The translations under genes were made by a program, and so were the position numbers. The notes under the pieces were generated by a model. The model made no database searches and had not been told where the DNA came from. It saw nothing but the letters and a program-made list of their open reading frames with translations. From Podarcis cretensis (taxonomy: Eukaryota): a stretch of DNA of 64,000 nucleotides. Shown in pieces: positions 38,701-50,700 of the stretch (position 1 is its first letter; every line of letters starts with the position of its first letter). The stretch lies in assembly GCA_951804945.1 (NCBI GenBank), contig OX638151.1, positions 81,716,001-81,780,000 on the forward strand. The letters run 5' to 3'.

Positions 38701-41700
38701 ATCTAAAACCAAAATCACAAATAGTCAAAACACATTGGGTTCAATGGCAGGTGGGATTGTCAGAGTCTCTTTTCCTGGATACCCACCCCCTTTCCGCCCA
38801 CTTTTTACTTAAAAATAATAATTATTGCCAGGTGAACGAAGCTGAATGTGAGCACATAAATGCACATAAGTTGCAAGCTTACTGTACTCATGTAGGTGTC
38901 CTCTGTTTGATGCAGAGCAGCTGAATGGTTTTAGGCTGTCACCCTAGTCTAGTCCCTGCCAGCAGAACGTGTGCATTGCTAATCTGTGATGTCACTATAC
39001 TTATGGGGTTCATCTTGGAAGTTTGTGAAAGGCCGTGTGTCCCTTATGCACTGAGTTCTGGTACCTTATAAAGAGGATGATGCAAAACGAGCTGTGTTGC
39101 CTTATACAGAAGAAGACGACAAATCTGACGAAGAGTTAGACAAACAGATGGGAAATCTCGGAGAGGCTGAAGCTGACAAATTGGATGAGAGGCTTTGGGG
39201 AGATGACAACGATGATGAGGAAGATGATGAGAGTGATAATGAGGATGATAATATAACAGAAACGGGACCGGGAATGGATGAGGTAAAAACGTAAATAAAA
39301 ATGTGGTCCAAGGCGGAAGTATTGTACAACTTTTTAATTGCATGGTACAGTATATGAAATACAATACAGAGATTAGTGTTTCAATTTATGCACTGAGTTC
39401 TCTACCCCCATCATTCTGCCCGGACGCTGAGGTCCAGTGCCGAGGGCCTTCTGGCGGTTCCCTCATTGCGAGAAGCAAAGCTACAGGGAACCAGGCAGAG
39501 GGCCTTCTCGGTAGTGGCACCCACCCTGTGGAACGCCCTTCCAGCAGATGTCAAAGCGATAAACAACTACCTGACATTCAGAAGACATCTTAAGGCAGCC
39601 CTGTTCAGGGAAGTTTTTAACGTGTGATTTTACTGTATTTTTGGTTTCTATGGAAGCCGCCCAGAGTGGCTGGGGAGGCCCAGCCAGATGGGCGGGGTAT
39701 AAATAATAAATTATTATTATAATTTTTTGTGAGACTCCCTTTTAAGAATGGGATTATTGAGAAGCCTGGCTTGGATTTCATAAAATCAGCAAGGAGTAAG
39801 CTAGCCTGCTATCTACCTTTTTTTGAAGATGCCTCTCTCCGTATGGAACTTGCCACCCACAAAGAGTGGCTGAGGAGGCAGTGCTTCAAAATCGTCCACT
39901 CCTCAAGGTGTAAATATCAACAGGGGCTACCAAATCCAGAGCCTTTTATGTTACATCCCTAGTTTTAGGCATCTGCTTTCCTATGAAAGGAAATAGCGAC
40001 CTTAGGGGTTGCTGTTTTTTTAATTGGATATCCATCCATAGAGTGACAAGGAACAGATAAAACGCCTACTCAATCTTCATAATACACAATTCCTGTAAAA
40101 CAACTGTTGTCTAATATATTTTGGGATCCAAAATGTGCAACCATGTTTCCTCAAGTAGACTGGTAGCTAGGATGTTGCCCTTCAGATGTCATTGAACTCT
40201 GAACTCCCATCAGCCCCAACCAACGTAGCCAATGGTCAGGAATGATGGAAGTTGCAGCCCAGCTACATCTGGAGGGCCCCACGTTGACTATCCCTGACTT
40301 AGAAAAAATGCACAAGGTTATACACGCATAACGTTATGCAGGTAGTTTAAACAACTGCATGCACCTGCCTGAGAATCCTGCTCTGGTTAAGCTTCTAGGC
40401 AAATGCACACAGTCATGTGTCTATCATCCACCCTTTGCACATTTGCTGTGGGCAATGCCCTGGGCTTACACACACAAAAAGCTGTTAGTGTGCCGCTGCC
40501 TTTAATGTAATAAGTAGAGTGTTTTGATAAAGTAGCCATTTGTCTCAAAACGTGTCGAATGTTCCCTGTGGCTTGACTGTAACAGAGCCAACAGAACTGT
40601 ATATACACCAATGTTATCAGGATGTACAATGAAATGGTTCCATGGCTATTTTCCTTGAACAACTTAGGGCGATTCAGAACTTGTGGCAAAAGATGACAAC
40701 ATGGATGTTGACAACAAAAATGATAAGAAATCTCCCAAAGACGAAGAAGAAGAGAATCAACCAGATGGTGGTGAAACCAAAGAGAAAGTCCATGAGCAAA
40801 TAGATGAGGTAATGAGAGCAAGTTTGCTGCAGAAAGCTACATTTATATAACTACCATTTATTTCAACTTACCTTGAGCAACATGTGTTTCCAAAGTGTTT
40901 TTATGTATTGCTGTTTCCAAGAATAACACCTGCTCCTTCTTAAATAGTTCACGGTCCCATTGTCCTTGTGGTTTTTGTGTATTTTGGGGCCCTCTCCTTT
41001 GTGTTTGTGCATCAACATACTGATGGCACTTCATTCCAAAGCTCCTAATGACCACACTCAGCCACTTCATATGGATGTTAAAACAGAGCAGGGAACAAGG
41101 TGGTGCCATGTGGGACCAAACAGCATAGCTGCCTGGGGGCCAGCAAGCAATCCTCCGATACTATTCTCTGAAACTACTAACTGTAGGTAGAAGTGGACAT
41201 TGTTTTAACTACCACTCCAGTCCTTTCTGGTTGGGGCTGATGGGAGTTTTCTTTCTACGGTAAATATCGCTGTAAATATGGAGGACAGCTTTCATTCTTT
41301 TAAAGCACCAAATGGCCTTGGCCCAGTATACCTGAAGGAGTGTCTCCACCCCCATTGTTCAACCCAGTCACTGAGATCTGGTGCCGAGGGCCTGCTGGCG
41401 GTTCCCTCACTCCCAAGAAGCGAAGGTACAGGGAACCAGGCAGAGGGCCTTCTCAGTAGTGGCGCCCGCCCTGCAGAACAACCTCCATTCAGATGTAAAA
41501 AAAACAACAACTACTATCTGATATTTAGAAGACATCTGAAGGCAACCCTGTTTAGGGAAGTTTTTAATGACTGATGTTTTAATGTATTTTTAATCTTTTG
41601 TTGGAAGCCGCTCAGAGTGGCTGGGGAAACCCAGCCAGATGGGCAGGGTATAAATAATAAATTATTAATAATAATAATTAATTAATTAACTGGTGCATAT

Positions 41701-44700
41701 TTAAGGTCCCCAACCCTAATCTGTGAGTTGCCACCTGATTGGATTCATTTTGATCCTGATCTGATTTTAGGATGTATTTTAATTGATTGCCTGATTTGAT
41801 GTTAATGTGTTATACATTTGATGTTAGCCACTCTGAGCCCTGTTTTGGCTGGGGAGGGCGGGGTATAAATAAATATTATTCCAGGAAACTAGGCCTCTTT
41901 AATGAAGTTTGGCATCCTTTCTGTTGGGGGTTCATCTAAAGATAACTTCAAGAGTTACTTTACTATGCCTCTCAACAGGTTCCCCTCCTGCCCTCCCCCC
42001 CCCCCACTTCCTGCCTCCATTCCTTGTATGATGTGTCACTTCTTTCTGTTTAACAGCGTGAATATGATGAGAACGAGGTAGACCCTTATCATGGAAATCA
42101 AGAGAAACAGCCTGAAGCTGAAGCATTGGATCTTCCTCAGGACCTGAACCTAGAGAACGGAGAGAAAGATGATGAGGACAAGGAAGAAGAAGAAGGTATG
42201 GCTCACAAGGTGTTCCTTTATCAGCAGATATAAAGAAAAGAAAATACTACGTAGTTGTGGTGCCTCTTGAGTGTCTAGCTATAATTGGGGACTGGGTGGA
42301 GGTACAGAGCCTTAATCTGATTCCAGACAAGGGTCGTCCCTGTTGTTTGGGGGAAATAAGGATTGATGTCATAATTTTGATCATTTGTGCTTATAACCAT
42401 TGGAAGTTTGTGAATTAATTGCTGCATCTGATTGTGTTTGCATTGAGGAAGGAATTCAGCCAGTTCCATGTGGTAGGGAGGCTGTTGCCTTTTCCACACA
42501 GGTTTGGAGTAGGCTATGATTGTCTTCGAAACTTAGGAAGAATCTTACCAGTTTTGTCCCACCTTCTGGGGTGCCTGGGCCATTTATATCAGTTGTGGTT
42601 TCCATAGCTCTCTAGTCTCAAGTATCTGTCATCTTCTGATCCTCTCCTATTCCAATCAGGGGCACACAGTTTGAAAGAGAGATTCTTATGATATTGTTTA
42701 GTGGCCCCTAGGTCAATCTCACGCCTGTATTTGCAGGACTAAAACACTGTACAGTGTGGTAAGATGCACATCAGGGGCATAGACCAAGGAGCTAATTCTG
42801 GTTTCATGGGGCATATCTGCCATTTGCCTGTGTGTTTGTATGCATTCTTCATATTTTAGGGTGTTCAGAACCACAAACGTTGATATGTGTATATAACAAA
42901 TCTTTCACCTATTTCAAATAAGTAGTGTATTGTTTGCATGATTGATACCATATAGAGAGTTGGGCATTGGAAATACATAATATCAGCACTTCCATTACTG
43001 CAGTACATTGACATATTGACAATCTATGCTTGTACCAAGGGAAAGGTTCAAGTTAAATGTACCTTACCTTTTCTTTTTTAAGGATTATCTAGGAATCTTA
43101 GTAAATCTTCCTCTCTGTTCCTACCTGCCAGCAGTCGGTAGGAGAAAAAACTGAATTCTGCCTGCCTTCTGAAAGGTGTGTCTTTTGCGTTGCTTTAGGA
43201 GAAAATCCTTTTGAGATTGAGGAGAAGACGATGGATGTAGACGAAAAAGAAATTAAGGATTCTGAAGAGACGGGAGAGGATGGTCGGGATCCTGAGCAAG
43301 CTGAGAAAGAGTCCTCTGAAGATAAAGCTGAAGGAGAAGATAAAATGGAGGAAGAAGAAACAAAGGATGAGGAAAGCGCAGGGCATCCTGATGCAAATAT
43401 GGAGGAAGAAGCAGAGGAGCCAACAGAAGACCTGAGTGAATCTCCTGAGAAAGAAGGAGAAAAGGGCATCCCTGACCAAGGCCTTAATCCTCAGGTTTCG
43501 CTTATTGTTTTATTATTAAAAAATAGTAAATGGCCTCCTTGAGTTCCCCTGCAAGGAGGCATGTGAAAAACACATCTTAGTCTCAGCACCTTAGTGTATG
43601 TAGAGATAGTATACAGTTTTAAGGCTAAAATTCCAGTAAATGGTAGTAGTAGCGTTGTGGTTTTCTTGGACAGCAAATAGATCTCCTGTAGTACAAAACC
43701 ATTTCTGGCCCTCCCTCCCATCACACCTGTCGAATGCTCATACTGATGTCTTCATCTGAATTGCTTTAGGAAGAGGAGGCTATCGATAACCCTGACAAGG
43801 ACGAGGAGCTGCCTGATGCCGTTGAGAGAATGGAACATGAAAATTACGGGCAGGCAGGAGAGGAGAACCTGCAGAGCGACACAGCCGTGGAGCTGGCCGG
43901 AACTGCTTCTGAAAAGGACCAGGCGAAAGAGGTGAAGCGGGGGAAATCCCACAGTACCTTTTGTATTATGTGGAACATACTTGGGGGGGGGCTTCTAAAG
44001 CACTTAACTTTTAGGGTTGTCTCACTGCTGATTTTTCCTCTCTGGGTAAATACAGTGCTTTTGGGGCACACAACTGTCTTCCTGCTCTCTCCCCGCCACC
44101 AATAAATCTCAGTAGCTGGACTGCTTAAGCCAGAAGCTAATTCTGTATGCTTAAATGGACCTAAGAGATGCTCATATATATGACTGTAACACACAGGGCC
44201 AGCAGCCCCTGTTTTCTGCTGCTCGATTCCCTCAGTTGTTAATCGTGTGCACAAATCGCAGATCCCACTGGGGCAGTCTCATACTAAAGGAGAACAATAT
44301 ATGTGATGGCTGTATGCAATGAGCAGTCTGTGACCCTAAGTGCAAGCAGAGAGGCAGCATTTGTTGATTCACCCTTCCTTTTGCATCTGCCACGCTACCT
44401 TCCCAGGCTCTGGTGTGCAAGAGGTGTCCAAGAGTGCATTGACTCTTCCTGCCACTCAGGCCAGAGTCCTTTGACTAAACTTCATATAGTACACCTATCT
44501 CCAGTGGTTCCTCACCCAGGAACAGAGCTACTACCCCCTATATCAACTCCCACACTGTTCTGGAAGGTCCCCATAATCTACAGCACTAATATTTGGGGTG
44601 CTGGGAACTGCAAGGCATGTGCATTGGGGAGAAGGAAATGGGCAGAAATAGCCTCTCCTCCCTTCTGTTACCTGCTGCTGTCCCCAAGGATTTTTTCCAA

Positions 44701-47700
44701 CCCTGTGGTCGAAGCATATTGATCGTGTTTCACTAACTAGCCTTGGGGTTTTCTGCCGTGTCAGAATTTACACCCAAGCTGCTTCTTAGAAGTTCAGTCG
44801 GGTATGCTTCTGTGTTTTGAAGACACTGCATTATTCTCAGATGAGTGTGGAACTGTGTGTTCTACATTTTAGCAGAAGACTTAACTTTGGTGGTTTGTCT
44901 GTCTTTCTTCAGGAACATGGAACTGGAGCTGCTGATGCAGATCAGTCAGAAGGACACGAATCTGAGTTAATGGCACGACTGGCCAGTCGGAAACAGAGCA
45001 AGAAAAATACACAGGTCTTTTATTCTTTCATAGATTAAAGAAATTGTAAGCTAGCTTTTTTATATGACCTTTACTGCACCTCCTGGACTAATGCCTGGAT
45101 CAGAAATTACTCAGCAGCTGTAGTACATCCCAAATGCTCTTAATACATCTTTGGAGAGAGTACATTTAGAAATTCATATTTAAATGCAAATTTTCCCGCA
45201 TTTTTTTAAAAGATGTTTATATTTCCCCCAGTATCAGATGCTGCTAATGCACTCATGTTTTGCTTGTGGGCTTTGAACAGGCACCTGGCTGTCTGCTGTG
45301 AAAACAAAATGCTTACCTAGATAGGATTTTGGTTTGATACTGCAGGTTTGTTCTAGTGGGCAGTGTGATAAGTTACCGAGCTTCTGAGTCTTGACTTTGG
45401 TTTTTCCGAACCTCATTGAAATTTCATTGCTGTACTTGCCCATTTTTCAGAGTTTTAAGAGAAAGCCTGGCCAAGCCAACAATGAGCGCTCAACGGGGGA
45501 TCACAGTCAACAAGTTCACAAGCGGCTGAAAACTGTTGAATCCAGCAGCGAAGCAGAACAGGAGCACGTTCAGCCAGAACGAAACATGGGAGAAGCTGAT
45601 GCGTTTGAGCACATTAAGCAAGGCAGCGAAGCCTACGATGCACAGACCTATGGTATGCCAGCATTCGCACAGTGATGTCAGAGGGACAGACAATTTTAAA
45701 TCCTTTGTACCACTAAACCTCCGCTTACAGGAAAATGAGCACGCATTGTTTATTGAAATAAAAGCAATGAAACATGTTAGATTTGGTTTGCATAACTTAA
45801 TGCTGGGGAAAGTATTTAGATAAGGAATTTTTCAAGGAACTTGCGTTTGCTTCTCTCTTATAGTTTGCTTTGCGTGGCTTCATTTTTAAACTTAATAGGC
45901 AGCCATTTTTTATTTCTCCATGTTAAATCAGTTGAAGCTTTAAAAACAAATCCCTAAGAAGGTATTTTCTAGCGTTCTAGCCTAGGCTGTAGTCTATTAT
46001 CTCATGGTGACAACACACTTGGGGGTGGGGCTATTGCCCAAAGGTTTATTGTACAGTGGTAGGTAGCCTGGTTTAAGATAGCAGCTAAAGTGCTTTAAGT
46101 ATCTCCTGCAACTGAAGTATCTCTTGCAATTAAATCCCAGCTAAATGCTACTGTGGTGAATCCTACTTGCAGTTTCTAAAACAAAGTATTTTCATGGTTT
46201 CTCTCAAATCCACCTGTTTCTTGAAGGATGTGTGCTTAGATTTTATGATTTGTAATGAAACCTCTGTCTGTCTGTCAGTGAGGTGTGTAACTTGCATTTT
46301 TCGAGACTGGAGCTAATCAGTTTGTCCTCAGTATGATGAAGTCCTAATCTATTGTACCTGTACATACCATGAGTGTTCTAGCACACATCAAGTGCCGATG
46401 TGTGGTAAAATCCACTTTTAACACGGAAAAGGGAAACCAAAGTTCAACACGTTAAGGAAGTGTAACCCAGGAGATTGTGGTTCCCATAAATTCTTCATTC
46501 ATCTCATCTCGTTCACCTAGGTCCTAGGTCATAGCAAGGTGGGTAGGAGGCAGAGCTATGAATGGGGAAATCCTCAGTTTGAAGTTTGCCTTTGCTATGA
46601 CCTCACTAAGAGGCTTTAGGCACAATTCTCTCTCCCCCATCCCTCCCTTCTCCCCCTTAGCAATATGGGAATGGTGACATTGACCATACCTGGAGGTTTT
46701 AAAGAGTGTAAGATAATGCAGGTGAAGTACTTTGAACACTCCCAAACGCTATGTAAATTGCAATATTTATTTCACTCTCTGAATTGTTGTTTCCCCCACC
46801 CCCCTTTCAAGTGCTTCAGGTGTCAAGTTAAAACTTTATAGATATTGATGACCGTTAGTTTGGTGATAGGGGAGAACAGCACAGAGTTGCAAGATTTTGG
46901 CTTGATTTTGGCTATGTTTCCACCAGATGTAGCTAGTGAAGAACAACAGAAAACAACCATGCCTGTCACTGAAGACAATGAAGAACCAGTTTCTGAAGAT
47001 GTAGCTATGGAAACAGAAGCTCAGAAAGATGAGGATCTTAGAACGGTAGAGGCGGAGAAACTGAATCCAGAATTAAAGGCACCTAGTGCTGCTAAATCTG
47101 GTAAATTGCCAGCTCATTATCTTTAAAAGAATTTTATTCTTCGGGAATAATTTCTTCATTTCAATTGAAAACAGTCCTGTAGTGCCTTTGGGGCATACTA
47201 TTTGCTCCCTGGCTCTGACTCATCCACCCTGCCCCTACTGCTCACATGTTGCGGGGAGCCAGGATCTCCTACAAGGAGCCTGCTGTGCCATACATGATTT
47301 TAATCCTGTTACCATGCATGGGGAGTTTATGCATCTGCGGCAGGCTCTCCACTTCAGATGTTACTCCCAGGAGTGGCAGAGCCAGCAAGAGCAGCCTCTG
47401 TCTTCCCCTCACACCACTGTAACCAAGTGAAGTGCCAGTACCTGAAAAGAGTTACTATTATGTATTGAATTTATATACCGCCCTGTACCCGGAGATTAGT
47501 AGTATGATTGCTAATGGCCCTGAAAATGTGTGAAGCAAGCATGTCATTTATTCAACGATAGGACCCGAAGAAGTCGAATTGGACGGTCAAGCCCTCAATT
47601 CTGAAGAAGACGAAGAGCGTGGAACAGAAAAATCGCCACCAGAAGTAAAGCCGGACAGAGACAAAAACTCTACCATACATACTGCCCATCAGTTCTTGAG

Positions 47701-50700
47701 GGATACCTCCATCCAGGTAAACTACCAATTGTGCTATTAAATAAATAGGATGTGTTGATTGATGTGAATCTCTCCAGGATACAGTGCTATTGTAATTTTA
47801 GTTTATCGCCAAATTAGTTTCTTGCTCTGAATCAATATTTAGGTTCCACTGAGGAAGGACCTCCATATACATATGGTAGAGACTGGGATAGGGAGATCAC
47901 ATGACTGTGAGATACTAGAGAAGGGAAGGTATACATCTGATCTACATTACTTAAGCAGATTTCCCCCTACATCAAAGTAGATGGCTTTTTTTAAATGACA
48001 AGTTGAATCTCAGATCTTGTGGCCTCAAAATGCATGTGTAAGTGAGCTGCCTGTAGGTGGGACTGTCTATAATTGAGTCAACACTCAGCTTTGACAACAC
48101 GGATCACTTATTTGGAGGGCTGGAAATCCTTGAGTTTGGGGGCAGCATTCTCTCTGCAGAGATTCAGCTCTGGTAGCTGATCCAACTCAGTATATTCATG
48201 CAGAAACTTGCATCTGCATGAAGATTTCCCTCAATGGATGGGGGAAATTTAGAAAATACCAGTCATGGAGATATTTGCAGCTGGATGTTTTCCTCCAGAC
48301 CCCCAGCATACAAGGAGATATATCAGATTTGGGCTTGGTCATGTGGTTCAGAGATGAGATTAGTACAGTAATATGCTGTATGCACATAAATTTTCCCCAG
48401 GAGTAGAAAAGTCAATTTAGAATTTCTCCTTAATTGTTGCTATCCAGTGGTCCAGAACACTAAAAGTTCTCCTAAAAAAATAAGGGATGTGTTTTGTTTT
48501 GGTTTTTTTAAAGTTTGCTTTTGGAGGTAGGTAGGTATGTATGTATGTCGGGACACGGGTGGCACTGTGGGTTAAACCACAGAGCCTAGGACTTGCTGAT
48601 CAGAAGGTCGGCGGTTCGAATCCCCACGGGGTGAGCTCCTGTTGCTCGGTCCCTGCTCCTGCCAACCTAGCTGTTCGAAAGCACGTCAAAGGTAGATAAA
48701 TAGGTAACCGCTCCAACGGGAAGGTAAATGGCGTTTCCATGCACTGCTCTGGTTCGCCAGAAGCGGCTTAGTCATGCTGGCCACATGATCCGGAAGCTGT
48801 ACGCCGGCTCCCTTGGCCAATAAAGCGAGATGAGCACCGCAACCCCAGTCGGTCATGACTGGACCTAATGGTCAGGGGTCCCTTTACCTTACATGTATGT
48901 ATGTATGTGGCAAGTATGTCATTCTAAAATACCTGTCCATATTGTTTGATTCAAATTTCAATTTGTTGTTTTAAGTGCATTGTTAAGGATCCTGAAGAGC
49001 TAAGACGAGAACTAGAGAAGCAACTGGAAATTTGGCAGAGTGGAAACGCTGCTGAGGTTAGTCAAATGTTCAGCCAAGCAATATACATTTGCATAATTCT
49101 TTTGGAAAGCTTTTTATTGAATATAAATGGAATATTAACACATTATTTCCAAAGCCATGTTAAATGTTGGGTTCTGGTACAGCTTAATCATTACAGAGCA
49201 AGGAGCAGAATTGTAGATACTGATAATCTTTTGCAATACATGGACGGCAATTATACACATAAAGACGCTTAGCAGTTGATCAGTTTATACCACAGAATGC
49301 TAAGACAAAGCTATACTCGAAAGTTCTAGCAAGAATTATTTAAAAAAGCATTGCTATAAAAGTATTTGCAACTGATATATCCTGAATTATTTAGGTTTTG
49401 TACTTGGGAAAGAGATCTATGTATAAAAAGGTTAATGCTCTGGGCTTTCAACTTTACTAATAAAAATTCTATGGGTTGTTTTTTTTATCTTAATGTTGCA
49501 GGAAAAGGCAGCAGCAGAGATGTGGCAGAGATATCTTCTCCTCACTGCACCACTTTCACAGCAGCTCTGTGAGCAGCTGAGACTCATACTGGAGCCAACT
49601 CAGGCAGCCAAACTGAAGTAAGTTGGGTCACTGTAAAAATAAAAGCAGAGCCCCCTATGTGCATCGCGATTTGGCACCCAAGCCGTCTTTCCAGCTACAA
49701 CTGCTTTAGCATATTGTTACTATAGGATGTATCATTCACTTCCCACTGGAGTCAATGGCAAGAAATCAAAGTGATTCTAGACTGTTGCATTATGTGTGCT
49801 GTATAAATGTGTTTGTTAAGTCATTCATTTTACAAAGTACTTTGAAAGTTAAAGCGCTGTACAGGCCACTATTTCCAGAGGTGTAGCCATATTCGTCTGT
49901 TGCAAAAACAAGACCATTGTATCACTTTAAAAACTTAACACATTTATTATAGTAAAAGCTTTTTGTGGACAAAAGTCCACTTCATCAGAGGTACATGTGT
50001 GTAGTTTGCATGTATGCATGAAGAAAAGTATGTAGTAGGGATGGGGAGCCAATGTTCAAATGTCGTTGGACTACAACTCCCATTATGTCTGACCATTGGC
50101 CATGCTGCCTGAGGCTGATGGGAGTTGTAGTCCAACCATGTCTGGCAGGCTACCATCCCTCATTGATATGGTTTGACCTGGACATTTCTCCGGATCAAAC
50201 TGTATCATGAACAAAAGAGCTCCTTTCATTCACAGGGATGGCTGGTTTCCAGTGTTGGAGGAAAGAGGTAAGGAGCTTATTTTTGCCAATTTCTCCTGCA
50301 TCTGCCCATGCTGCTTCTCCTGCTGCTCTGGGGAGTCATTCAACCTCCTAGAGCAGCTTTGGAGAGGGTGGAGGAGGAATTATTGGCAGAAAATCACCTC
50401 CCTGCCTTCCAACACAAGTGGATTTCCACGCAGGTTTAGTAGCAAGTTCCAAATTAAAGATTCCGGAGAAGCTTATTTCCCCCCCTGAAAGGAAACATGT
50501 CCAGCCCTTGTAGGCATTGCTTGCTGAAATCTCAGAGGGGAAATTTGGTGCCTTTGACCCACCCATGTGAAACCGAAATAAATTATGCAAAATAAGAAGC
50601 AATATGCAAATAGGCCTGGCTCCTCTAAATATCAGGACAGTTACATAGGTGTGCAAGTAATGAATCTTGATGCCCAAAAAAGCTGTCTTATTTTTGGCTA

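Noticed and set aside
43098-43479. Minus-strand Ser/Phe/Leu-rich ORFs
   Set aside because: Antisense shadows of purine-rich D/E-coding MDN1 exons.
46333-46400. C-box-like ATGATGA (also at 1759, 54162 and 58461)
   Set aside because: No correctly spaced CTGA with terminal stem and no recognisable rRNA guide.
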